The translations under genes and the position numbers were made by a program. A DNA stretch of 64,000 nt from Epithemia pelagica (lineage: Eukaryota; Protista; Bacillariophyta), in assembly GCA_946965045.2 (NCBI GenBank), contig OX337231.1:62001-126000 (forward strand), read 5' to 3'. A model generated the notes under the pieces. The model worked only from the letters and a program-made list of their open reading frames with translations. It ran no database searches and was not told the origin of the DNA. This document shows, one piece after another, positions 1-11,997 of the stretch. Position 1 is the stretch's first letter. Every line of letters starts with the position of its first letter.

Positions 1-1659
1 GCATTGCAAATCGATAAGGAGACAGGTACTGACTTTTGGGCGAAAGCACTCCGTCTCGAAATGTCGAAGATAGTACCAGCAGTGAAGATCTTGGACGAGG
101 GAGTCCCACATCCCGTGGGGCATCAGATCATTCCGTGTCACATCGTTTTTGATGTTAAAATGGACTTCACCAGGAAGGCCAGGTTCGTCGCAGGAGGCCA
201 TAAGACTCAGGAACCTGAGACCCCAACTTATGCGAGCGTTGTGTCAAGGGAAAGCGTCAGAATTGGCTTCCTCTTAGCCGCTCTGAATGGTATTGACGTG
301 ATTGCTGCAGACATCGCTGGAGCTTACTTGAATGCTCCATGCCATGAAAGGATTTGCATGAAATGTGGATTGGAGTTTGGCAAAGAATTTGAAGGCCGTT
401 TTGCCATCATTACCAAAGCATTATATGGCTTAAAAACGAGCGCATTCGCCTGGAGAGAACACCTGTCCGCAACGTTGCAGGAGTCACTTGGGTTTCAAGC
501 CTGTAGGGCAGACCCCGACGTCTACATGCGTCCGTCAACAAAATCGGATGGTACAAAGTATTATGAACTGGTATTCATATACATTGATGATGTACTCGTG
601 ATTTCGAACCAAGGGAAAGAGATCTTGAACATGTTGGATCAGCATTATTTGCTGAAACCTGATTCGGTCGGCCCTCCTAAATTATATCTCGGCAACCAGG
701 TGGAGACGTTTGACATCGACAACGATAGTTCGAAGCGTTGTTGGGCTTTAAGCTCCAGGAGATACGCCAAAGAAGCGATCAGGAATGTTCAAACATGGAT
801 GGATGGTCGAGGGATGCAACTCAAGACGAGGACATCCGGCGTCTTACCTTCTAATTATCGTCCAGAATTGGACACGAGTTCCTACTGTGACCCTGATTGG
901 ATGAACTTCTATCAGCAACAGATCGGTGTTTTAAGATGGTTAGTTGAGCTCGGCCGTATAGACATCACGGCGGAAGTATCAATGCTGGCAGCGTTCTTGG
1001 CTGCACCAAGAGAAGGTCATGTGCACGCTATGCTACATATATTCGCGTACATCAATACACACGATCGGTCAAGGTTGGTACTGGACCCAGAGTACATCAC
1101 TCATGGGGAAGAACCTTCAGCGGATTGGACAGGGTTTTATCCAGACTCTAAAGAGGAGATTCCCCCTGATGCACCAGAACCGCTCGGCAAGGCAGTACAA
1201 ATGACCGCTTTCGTCGATTCAGATCATGCTGGCGATTTAGTCACAAGGAGATCAAGAACAGGAGTGTTGATCTTCTTGAACAGAGCTCCCATCAATTGGT
1301 ACAGTAAAAAGCAGACGAGCGTAGAAACATCTACATTTGGGTCTGAGTTCATGGCCTTGAAAGTTGGTGTGGAGATGATTAAAGGACTCCGATACAAATT
1401 AAGGATGATGGGTGTCCCATTGGAGGGGCATACCCATATCAGAGTCGACAACATGTCAGTTGTCCAGAACAGTTCAAGGCCCGAGTCAGTACTGCGAAAG
1501 AAGTCCAATGCGATAGCATATCATTTTGTTCGTGAGAATGTGGCGAATGGTACTTGTCGTATTGCTTATGAACCTTCTCGTACTAACCTTGCAGATCTTT
1601 TAACCAAGATTCAGACAGGAACGGAAAGGACTCGTTTGGCATCAATGATATTGTTCTAA
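1..1659 (+). CDS. pol: Ty1/Copia (CoDi-like) pol, RT and RNase H part, 5' end outside the window
   Basis: Open from position 1. RT motifs KARFVAGGH, ADIAGAYLNA, KALYGLK and YIDD; RNase H motifs AFVDSDHAGD, ETSTFGSEF, VDNMSVV, HFVRE and NLADLLTK; stop at 1657-1659. Confidence 0.95.
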   Translation, partial: ALQIDKETGTDFWAKALRLEMSKIVPAVKILDEGVPHPVGHQIIPCHIVFDVKMDFTRKARFVAGGHKTQEPETPTYASVVSRESVRIGFLLAALNGIDVIAADIAGAYLNAPCHERICMKCGLEFGKEFEGRFAIITKALYGLKTSAFAWREHLSATLQESLGFQACRADPDVYMRPSTKSDGTKYYELVFIYIDDVLVISNQGKEILNMLDQHYLLKPDSVGPPKLYLGNQVETFDIDNDSSKRCWALSSRRYAKEAIRNVQTWMDGRGMQLKTRTSGVLPSNYRPELDTSSYCDPDWMNFYQQQIGVLRWLVELGRIDITAEVSMLAAFLAAPREGHVHAMLHIFAYINTHDRSRLVLDPEYITHGEEPSADWTGFYPDSKEEIPPDAPEPLGKAVQMTAFVDSDHAGDLVTRRSRTGVLIFLNRAPINWYSKKQTSVETSTFGSEFMALKVGVEMIKGLRYKLRMMGVPLEGHTHIRVDNMSVVQNSSRPESVLRKKSNAIAYHFVRENVANGTCRIAYEPSRTNLADLLTKIQTGTERTRLASMILF

Positions 1660-2574
1660 GTGCGTTTCCCGCCGACGTGTCGGGTTTGGGTACGTCCTGC
1701 ACTCATTGTGAATGGGCTTTAAGCAGGTTATGAAGAATGGAATGGTGAAATTGGGTATAGAGACACGATTACCCTAGCAAATAGCCAGTAAATCGCGAGG
1801 GGACCAAGAAATGGTCGCGGTATTGTCGCGAGAATGGGCGAGATTTTAGCGAGACATAGTCCTCTAGGTTAGAGGCTCCTAATAGTCACTCTTTTGATTT
1901 TGAGACACTATCATGACCGTAATTTGCTCGTATCTACATTTTCAAAATAATGACCGTTCACCTTTTCCAACTTTCCCATAGACCGTGACTCCCTGAGTCA
2001 CGCTTGGCTCACCCGAATGAAACTACCAGGTCTCTCCGAGTTTTGTACCGCGAAGTACTCCTATATTGTAACTTAGCTGCCTGGCCCAATTGGAACCAAG
2101 AAGAGATCCTTCGAGCTGATCCTACAGGGGGCAAGCAAGGATATCGTCAGAGATGCGGATACCGATTGGCCCCGTCGTAGGTGCAGTTGGTTGTACCCCA
2201 GAATACTACTACCAGGGACTACCAATAGAATGGCGTGTATGTTTCATCTTGTGTCGTCGTCGTCCCACACACCCCAGGCAATGGATGCGGAACCAAGAGA
2301 GTTCTACGGCAGGCACAGCAAGAACCAACTGAATTGGACTTTTCTACTAGAAATCCCTCGTGTATGGGACCGTTGCCTACGAAAAGGGGATTCCTCGAGG
2401 AGTGTGTGTGGTTCGCATAGATTCCTACTACTCATAAAAAAAAAGTTCAATCCCTATAGAGTTGATACACCTGTCCGGCCAGTGGCAACCACCCCAACAA
2501 ACAACACACTCTGCAAGCAACAACCACGCCGACACCAGCGCTTCCCGAGAGAGATTCCCAAACGATTATACGTG

Positions 2575-4425
2575 TTACCATTGCAAAAGGCTGGTGACCA
2601 CCAGTCCCAATCCCAAGGACCACACGGCACACCACAACCAAGAAGTCGAGGTGGTTGGGTGTGCACTCGAGGTTTCTTCCGGCACATCCAATCGGAATCG
2701 GGTCCCCGTGAGACAATCAAACAAGGCGGGATTAATGGTAATTTGTTGCAAGTCGGCCTTGGCCATGGTGGCCTTTAATTCCGAGGCAAAGACACAATTG
2801 TCGCCACTCGACAAGAATACCGATCCGGCCGTTTGCAACGAGGCCGGCAAGGCCGAATGACCCGTGCCATAGTCTTGTTCCGTCAAACCGGGTTCGAGCC
2901 AGGGACCATTGGTACTCAGACCAAACAAGAAATTGGGCAAATTGTCCCCGTCCAAACAATAGACAAACAAATTGTCGCCCGTCGTTTGCACATCAAAGGC
3001 ATTGCCCAAGGAGGGAACTTGACGCCATCGATCGGCCAAGGGCGAATCGTCCCCAAAGCCAAAGACTTGACCAGCGCCAATGCCCGAGGCGGGAATATCA
3101 AACTGTCAGTGTCACATAGAGTATAGAGTCATGGATCATTGCAGTAAAGTAGGGGTGTCAAACAAACAAACAAACAAGGAAACAAACAAGCAAACAGGAC
3201 GGTGAGAAACCAACAACACCACAAGCCATTTACACTATGGAGTTGCGGCACGAATCGGCCAAGCCACCATCACCACCCCACAGTCCTGTCCATTCGATTC
3301 GATACGTACTTCATAGGTTCCTTCACTGTGAATAAAGTCGGTTCCATCCCACGCACTGTCCGTCAAGTACAAACTGCCCACATCCGCCGGAATATCTTCG
3401 AGGGGAAAAAAGACGACTTGATCGGGATCCTCCGAATTTAAGAGAAAAATGGGCACATCGCCGGCCACCAAATCATTGCAGGCCGTTCGCGTCGCTGTCG
3501 GAGCGGGCGTCGGTTCCGTACACCGACTGTACACAAAGCTATCTTGCAAAATACTGTCGGCGCCTTGCGGATAAAAGACTTGGTTGACCAATTGGGGATA
3601 ATCGACAAAGGGATTGCGATTGCCTTGCCAATTGCGACAGGCCTTTTGATTGCGTTCCATTTCTTCGGCCGATACCGGATCTTGGGCATGCCACTGCAAC
3701 AATTGCGACAGATAGCCAAATTCATTTGTCTCAAACGGGGGACAATCCGTCAAGGTCAAATTGTACCGGGCCTTGTATCGCGCCGCCATGTAAAAGAGAG
3801 AGCGGGCCACATCGCCCTTGTACCGATCGGGTGGGGCAAAAATTTTGCCATCGGTTTCGGTCGACACGGCCGTTTCCGATGTGGCCGGTGTGGCACAAAA
3901 GTCCAAGAATTCCACCGTGCCACACAGGCCAAAAAATAAGGCTTGTTTGCGTGTCAAGACGGTGGCATCGGCCGGAGCCTTGGCATGGACATCCGTCAAG
4001 GGCTCGCCATCCTGCAATCCCCATCCTCGTCCCAGCGGCCACAAATCTTCACGTTCCCATCCCAATTGCGTATTGGCAATGTTGCTGGGAAAGTCAATGT
4101 CCCGATACAAGACACGGACCGTTTGAAAGTCTTGGCCGGGCCACAAGTCACGCAAGGCCGTCAAGACATCGGCTTCACCTTGCGTGCGCAAAATATTGGG
4201 CAAGCTTTGACGATGCGTATCGGTAATCAATTGCCGAATGGCCGCTTCGGGCCATGCACCGGGATTGACATTGAAATTCAAGAGCGCCGAATAATAATCC
4301 TCCTTGCTTTCGCATCGATCAAAGGGAGGACCGGCGGCCGTAAAGGCTTGGACGTGACGGCAAGTGCTCCACAACAGGAGGAGACTGGTCAAGGACAGCC
4401 ACGAAGACGAAGAAGAAGAAGTCAT
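2575..4425 (-). CDS. Secreted or membrane-anchored endonuclease I (EndA/Bsn-like) family protein, 2 exons (4425-3310, 3102-2575)
   Basis: ATG at 4425 starts a signal-peptide-like segment. Motifs KGDVARSLFYMAARY, LLQWHAQDPVS and QGNRNPFVDYP. A phase-0 GT..CAG intron at 3309-3103 joins EGTYE to FDIPASG. Hydrophobic C-terminus WLWCAVWSLGLGLVVTSLLQW. Confidence 0.85.
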
Positions 4426-6293
4426 GATGGAGACAGAAAGGAAAGGAATGATAGGAATCGTCGTCGATACAACCAAACAATCACAACAACACGTTCGTTC
4501 CAAACAAACCAAAAGAATATAGGACCGTGTCGAACACTCGTCGTCGTCGAACGAAAAAGTGGTTTGTGTTTCGCCCAACCAATCAGTCTTTATCAGTTCG
4601 AGTTTGTTGGGGACACTGTCAGTGTGCATCAAAGAGTACCGGCGATCTTGCTTTGGGTATTGGGTCTATCTTGTTTGCTGGTTGGGTCGTCTATGGCAAA
4701 TGACTGTTGTGGGTTGTGACCCGCACATGACATTTCGTTGGTCTTGGTGGTGGTGACAGGACTGGACCAACGAGAACAGTTTCCCAGTCGGATTCTGAAA
4801 ACGGTGCGACCGAATCACGCTGACGTCAGCAGGCCCTGGCCTTTTTTTGGAGTCGACGGGACGTGACTGCAAGTGACGCGAACTGCTTAACGTTGGTTCC
4901 GTGTTCGATCGAATGTAAGAACGCCATTCAAGGAACACCATGCCGGCGCGTGCTGCTACTTCAATTGAATCCTAAACAGTGTACCATCTTTTCCCGAAGG
5001 CCAAACAAGGAGGGACTCTTACGTAGTAAGCCTTGTTCCGAATGCGCGCCGGGCGCCGGCCACTTGCCTCAATAGATGCGAACCAGGCATGACACACTGT
5101 GGACTCGGCAGTACCAACGCAACCTGCCGGAACCAGACTCGGACACTGGAACGACATGGGATTTCTGGTTGCATGTCTCATTGTTACAGATACGACAGTC
5201 TCTGGACAGACTCTCGACATGTTCCAGAAACGAATCCACACCGCGACAGACATGTTCCAGAAACGAATCCACGTGCGAGGAGAAAAAAGATTGCTTTCTT
5301 CCGGTGTGTATGTTGTTGTGTGTAGAGATCGATCCTCTTTCTTGTTTTTCTTTCTTCGCTGTGTGTTGTGTGTTGGTTTGCGCTGTCTCGATTGTTGATG
5401 AGAACATCTCTCCTTGTGTTCTTTGGACCATCACATCATCATCATCATTCTCGTTATACCCTCTTTTTCTCTCTCTCTCTCTGTCCTATTCAACAGCAGA
5501 AGTAGAGCCAAGCACAACCACCAAACACACAAGACATCCAGTCGACCTGAATTGTGGGAAAGAACAACTAGGACAACGAGATTGTTCCTTCGAAGTATCC
5601 TGTTCCGGGTTCGTATTGAAAGAGAGGTCCAGCTCGTTCCTTTCCCAGTGCTGTTGTTGTTTGTGTTGTGCGGTCGACTGGAACAGTTTGTGTAAATTGA
5701 TTGTGGTTCTTCTTCTTCTTCACATGCCGTGTTCACGATCCAGTTTCCATCATTCTACATTTGATTTCTTCTTCTTCTTCTTTGTTGACAAGAATTCCAT
5801 ACGTTTGCATTCTCCGTGTTCGACTATTCCATCTACCATCACCTTGGAAGTTATACAATCTCCTCCTCCGGATCTCTTGCCGTCAGCAACAACCTAAAAA
5901 GAAGAAGTATCCAAGCGGCTCTCGAAGGAAAACCACCCAGTGTACCAAGAAACAAAGATACCACCAACAACATCACCCACATATAGACAGTCTAGAAAGA
6001 AACAAAAGAAGAAGGTTCTACTACTCCACGGCCCGGCTATTCCAGAACAAGAAGAAGAACGACGAGCTTGGACGAAACAAACGTTCATCTCAGACTTTGA
6101 CACCAAAAAACTACCTCGTTCTGCATCGGCTATAGAGGAGTGTCTGTTTGGCCTGTTTTGGGGATCATCCAACGAAATAGAAGAAGAAGAAGAAGAAGAA
6201 GAGACAACCTTGTGGCACATACCTGAGTGTATTCCAGAGATTGATACGTGATCTATATATATTGGATTGTTACTCCAGGACCCTATTTTTATC

Positions 6294-8730
6294 ATGGCTT
6301 CGGAAACCGTTGTGGCAGCCACCAACGTCCCTTCCTTGTCATCCTCCTCTTCGGCAACCATGCCATCGACCAAACCATCCTCCTCACAACCACATCCCGA
6401 GTCCCCTCCCTCGGAGGAAACGACACCCACTCATACTGCCACATCCGTGACGGACGATGGGGACGAACCCGAATTGGTGCAACCCCAAGAATTGCCACCC
6501 GCCGCCACCAACACCAACACAAGCACTGGTTCAGCCGGAACGACGACGAATCCTCCCACCGTCTTGTATCCAGCCGCGACGGCTCCCGTGAGTTATTATG
6601 GGACCGCCACCGCTGGAGGAAGCACCGTGGTGGTGGATCCCTTTCAAACCAACAACAACAACAGCAACCAGGATGGTACGACAACAAGCGAACCAAGTCC
6701 TCTTTCGCCTCCACGAGGAACCGCAACGGCCAATCCTCCATCGGGCAGTACCACCACTGCCCCGGGTGGTCCTGCCAGTACTACGACGACGAATCCAGCC
6801 TTGTTTTCGCGATTGGGTGGCAACACCACACCCGTCGTGGTGTATCCCTCCTATGCCTTGACGACGACCACGACGACACCGACCACCAATCCAGACGAGG
6901 AGGGCACGGGTGCGGTCAGCACCAGTTGGATGACGGCGGATCCACGGTACGTGTTTCGATTCGATACAGCGGACGGCGAATGTATCCGTGTTGTGCATGC
7001 GCACCAGATTACACACGGAACCATCATTCAGTTGCTCACACTCTATTTTCTCCATTTTCACTTCACACAGAAACGCACAACAACAACCCTCCCCACCAGT
7101 CAATTCTCAAGGTATGCCCATTACCATGGGCTATGTGGGTGGAACCATGTCTGCTACGACAACTCGTTCCAATCGTGCCTATTCCTTTGAAGAGTCCATG
7201 TTACCACCTGCTGCCACCAGCATGGTCGGTATGGGCGAAGCCACCAATGGAACTGGAGCAGGAGCAGGACGCTTGCCACCTCAAGAACTGGTCAATCCGC
7301 CCTATTCGCCCTATTCGCCCTATGGAGGAACGGCTGCCAGTACGACAAGTCCCGGTGCCGCCAGTGCCACATTGTTTGCCCATCCCTGGCCGTATTCCGC
7401 CGCCCCTCCGCCGGATTTGTATGGCACCACCCCGCCCTCGCCCTTGCAACCCCGTCCCTCCCCGTACCACACCAACACCACCATTCCGCCGATGCCACAT
7501 CATCCAGGAACGGCGGCCGCGGTCGCCATGGGATATGCGACACATCCCCATGCCACGCTGGGCATGCGTCCCATGCCACCGCAACCCAGCACGACCCAAC
7601 AACAACAACAACAAAGCCAAGCTCCACCGCCGCCTCCACCTCCGCTTCCTGGAACACCCGGTGGTCCCTATGGGAACGCTGGAGGTGGCACGACGGGTGG
7701 GGGTGGCCTTCCTCATCATCACCATCATCCACATGTCCTTCATCATCATCATCCTCAAGCGGGTGCCGGACCGTTTGGAGGATTCCACACATCCTCACCG
7801 GGACCTCCCATTCAAACCACGGCATCCAACAAGGGACCGGATGGAGCCAATCTCTTTATCTTTCACATTCCCAATCACTTTTCCAATCTCGACATGTACC
7901 AATTGTTTGAACCCTATGGGAATTTGCTGTCGGTGCGGATCATGGTCGAACGAGATACGGGACGATCGCGTGGATTTGGCTTTGTCTCGTACGATTCTCC
8001 CGAGTCGGCCGCCTTGGCAATTAAATCCCTCAATGGATTTGCGGTACGTGTTGGTTGGTGTTGGTTGGTTTCTCAATCATACCAGAGAGAATTTATGATG
8101 GCCGTATTCCAGGCAGTCATTTCTAACCTCTGTGTGTGTGTTTGTGTTTCAATACAGATTGGGAACAAGCGGTTGAAAGTACAGCACAAGCAAATCCGCC
8201 CACGTGATATGCAGCAGCAACAGCAACAACCACCCAATGGGTATGGTGCGGGTGGATTCCTGCAACAGCAACAACAACAACAACCCCAGGTTCAGTATTC
8301 CAATTATACGGTTGCGTCCTCTAGTGGATGGTATCCAACCAGCGTGGTGGATTCGGGTGGTGGACCCACAGGCGGCGGCGCCCTCAAGCAACCCTCTCAA
8401 GTGGGCAGTGATGAGCATACCGAACTCACCAGCAGTGCGACATCGACCACGACGGGGGCCGATGTCGAAACCACACCCTTACACATGGGCAGCAGTGGTG
8501 GTCCCAGTGGGGATCCGTCGGCCATGTCTCCACTGGCATCCATGGGATCCCTCCAAGCGGCTCTTCCCGATCCAACGCCGACCATTGCCACAAGCCCGAG
8601 TGGTGCTGGTCCTCCCGTGTCCACTGCAACAAGCTCGGTCAAGACGACGCCCACGAGTCCCACATCGACGACCCAAGACACTCATGTGGACTCCACACCA
8701 TCCGCCACTGCGGCCACGACAACCTCGTAG
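6294..8730 (+). CDS. CELF/Bruno-like RNA-binding protein with one RRM and long low-complexity regions, 3 exons (6294-6946, 7071-8043, 8158-8730)
   Basis: GPDGANLFIFHIP...RSRGFGFVSYD...IGNKRLKVQHK resembles CELF RRM3. Introns 6947-7070 (GTACGT..CACAG, phase 2) and 8044-8157 (GTACGT..TACAG, phase 0) both keep the frame. Confidence 0.85.
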
Positions 8731-9843
8731 GTATGTTGTGTGCTGAGTTCCGTTGGCACTCTCATGGGGGGAAAAGAAACAAGAAAACAGAACCAAAACC
8801 AATCCAGCGAATCGGAAAACGCGTCAGCAGAGGAATGTGTGGGAATGAACGACTGCCAATCATCCTTGGTGGTCCTCGTCTTTCCTGTGCACCACCTCTG
8901 CGAACCATACGGTCGGCTTCGGTCGTTTTTGTGTATACTAGTACTAGGAAAAATAAGAACCACTCTCAAACGACACTGTTAACCCAACACACACCCGACT
9001 CTTGGAAACAGCAGCGGCGCATGACAAATCGGCGTTGTAGATTATTTCAAAACTGCATCAGGTGTCCTTTTTCAACAAAGGATACCTCTTCCTTCGCCTC
9101 AAATCCCGTTTCAATCGGGACTTCAATTGAAGGGCGGCGCGACCAAATTCGAAAGTGGTCGCATAAAACGTGACATTCGGAAGAGCGAACCGGAAATCGT
9201 TTGGGACCGACGACCATGATGACGATGCTTCCACAGCGCATGTGGAAACGCACGATTCCAGGAATGCTGCGAGTGGTGTGAAAACCCTCATGTTTCACTT
9301 ACCTGTGTGGGATGCAGTCCTGCAAGCTTGGTCTATCTTGGAACTGTCGGTTGACACTTACACAGTGACCAAAGACTTATTCGAAATGGCAAATCGAATG
9401 CCTCACAACCTTGGTCGTTTTCCCGGCGTAACGTGTGTCCAACTCGATCGAAATGAAACAACGGTTGGATGCAGAACCTTGCTATATTGCTAGGAGCAGA
9501 CACTTTTCGAGGCGAGTAGCTATCCTTTACTCTCTCTGTTGGAGTAGGTAGCTATCGCAATGCTCAATACTCTATCTCGAGGTATAGACCGAGAGAACTA
9601 GAATCGAGAGTGAACACAGAATGACATGGATAAACTACGAACAGTTTAGTATACTACATCGGAATAGGAATGATATGCATGGACTACCGATGTGGTTTCA
9701 AAGCAAAAGGGGCGAGGACTACGAAATATAGAGGAAAAAGAAAAGAGCACAGTTTCGATTGGCACACACAGATACACTTGTGTCGATAGCCATACGGGGT
9801 GTACCACCCGTATTGAGTGTGGTCGTTTCGTCCTGCTCTCTGG

Positions 9844-11037
9844 TTAACGCGGTCCTCCACCGTAATTGACCCACGCCAAGGTGGCCTTGGCGACACAACT
9901 CCAGAGGATAAAGGCCTTTTCTCCCACGACATAGTCATCGAAAAAGGCGGGTCGTTCCTGATTCCACTGCCACCACAGCAAGAGGACAAACACAAGGTCA
10001 AAGAAAAACAAGGCCAGGACAATGACCCAAATGTAAACCGGAGGATCACCTTCTGAGACACTGTAAAAGAAGTAGTTGAGAATGACGGCCCAGCCGGCAA
10101 AGTTTGGCAACCAGGCGAGTGAAAAGGGGAACCAGTTTTGGTACCGATCGCCATCGGCGCGGGCCTTGGCATTGACCGATTCGTGGACGGAACAGAGGAG
10201 CATGGCGGTGGCGGTCAAACAAAAAATGGTAAAGAGAATGTGAATGTCCGTCACACCGGCCAATTGGGCAATCATGATGCGCATGACACTGGCCGAGAGG
10301 GAATATTCGAACCAACGAAAGGGACTTTGGCAGCGCGCAATGTAGTAATGGTAGGTCGAGGCAAAGACGAGGGCGGCCAGGTGGCCGCAGCCACTCAAGG
10401 TCAAAAAGACGGCCGAATACCACATGACGCTATAGCCTTCGTCGTTGATGCGGTCACTCTCTGGAATGCCAAAATCCTGAACATCTTGTTCGTCCAAACT
10501 TCCCGGAAAGTGCGTAAACAAGAACCAGTTGGTGTCGGCCTTGCTGTAATAATGTAGCAAACCAAGGAACGAAAGGAGTGAGTGTTGGAGATCACAACGA
10601 ACAAGACGCGTCTAAAGCCAGCCAGTTGCCACAGCATGCTTCTAGAGGGGACTGGACTCTGTCGAAGCAAGATTGCACACACATTGGCACACACACACGA
10701 GAGATGGTACGTACGAGGAAAAGTAAAACAAGGCACCGGCTTGTCCAAACTGCGCCAGAGCAGCCGCCAAATTCCACAGTTTGAGATCGGCCGGAATGTC
10801 ATTCAAGTTGTCAATGTCCATGGGATTGACAAAGTCTCCGTACGGATCTTCATCCTCATCATCGTCTTCGTCCTTGGTGGCATCGGGATCCTTGTGAAGC
10901 TCATCGACTTCGTGCGGCGGCTCTCCTCCTTCGGGTTCCTCCTCTCCCTCCTCTTGAAATTTGGCATCAGGATCCTCTTCTTCCTCCTCCGTCGCGCCTA
11001 CGTTGGCGGCAGCCGGTTCTTCCTCGTCCGTCGACAT
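9844..11037 (-). CDS. Heliorhodopsin paralog 1, 2 exons (11037-10715, 10543-9844)
   Basis: PFRWFEYSLSAS (TM3), His in TM2 (GCGH), GEKAFILWSCVAKATLAW (TM7 with Schiff-base Lys). A phase-2 GT..CAG intron at 10714-10544 restores the frame. Confidence 0.9.
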
Positions 11038-11997
11038 TGTTGGTGCAAATCAATCGAGTCCGTCAACCAGAGAATATAGGACTTGGTGGTGGTCGTTGTC
11101 GTCGTTTCCGAAAAAAACGAACTTGTGAGTTTTCTGGGATTACGGCAACCAAACAAGATCTCTCTCTTGCTCGTACTTTGGGCTGGTGTATAAGAGTATG
11201 GATCTTGACACTGGACGCTTGGTGTTCTCGTTCATTGGTTGTTGGTTGTGCTTGTGTGGGTTCCACACAAAAAACGTGAGAGTCTTCAACTCGTGGAAAA
11301 TTTGGGGCAGAAGTGTCTTTCGCACCTGCTCGGCGCGCGTGACAGAGAATGTCGCAGATAGGTTTCATTGGCTCGCTGCAGGGTTCTGGTTGAAATTTCG
11401 TTGGTCGAACGGTTCAAACTTTCGCACCCCGCAGAACGTTTCGCACCATGACTGGCCGGCGTGAGTGCCATTTAATTCGTGACTGCCTGGCGCAATACAA
11501 CGGGTCGTGTTCGGCACTCCCCCAACTACACAACGGAGTATTATGGAGTATTGAGGACGCGTGTCCGGCAGCGCAGTCAAAAAATCGTTGCTCCTGGTTC
11601 GGAACGAGCATGGCGACTCCTCCTCAAACTACAAACTCTACACCGTCCTCTCGTTCGCTCGTCGTGAACGCGGTGTAGCAGGACGGTGGATGGGATGGTC
11701 CATGGTTCCGATCCCAAGCTCTTGCTGTGCGACGAGCGCAAGGTTATAACTTCCCTAGAGCCTATATAGAAAGTGAAAAGCTACCGAATGGTGGGAGTGT
11801 GACAGGAACAGGGTATTCTTCTTAGTTCAGAGAGAGAGTTGACAAACATATTATGTGTGTGTGTGAAATCATAAATAAATAGAACGGAGGGACGGAATGA
11901 GTCGAGCATTCCTTCCTTCCTTCGATTCGACGGACAAGGGCTCCCCACAATCCTACACTACAATTCTTGAGTGTGTGTGTGTGTGTTGCTGGTGGCG

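Noticed and set aside
1790-2260. 3' LTR of the first Copia after the purine-rich AAATCGCGAGGGGA
   Set aside because: Likely present, but no TG...CA or other inverted termini could be defined and the 5' LTR is outside the window.
2462-2860. Plus-strand ORF with CYHC resembling a gag zinc knuckle
   Set aside because: It is the antisense of exon 2 of the nuclease gene and lacks the full CX2CX4HX4C spacing.
5940-6251. 103-aa ORF upstream of the CELF gene
   Set aside because: Microsatellite-driven low complexity with no recognisable motif; it may be a uORF or UTR.
6248-8098. 616-aa alternative-frame ORF
   Set aside because: Shadow frame over the CELF exons and introns.
9047-9493. Short ORFs between the CELF and heliorhodopsin genes
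   Set aside because: No family could be recognised; possibly a decayed gene.
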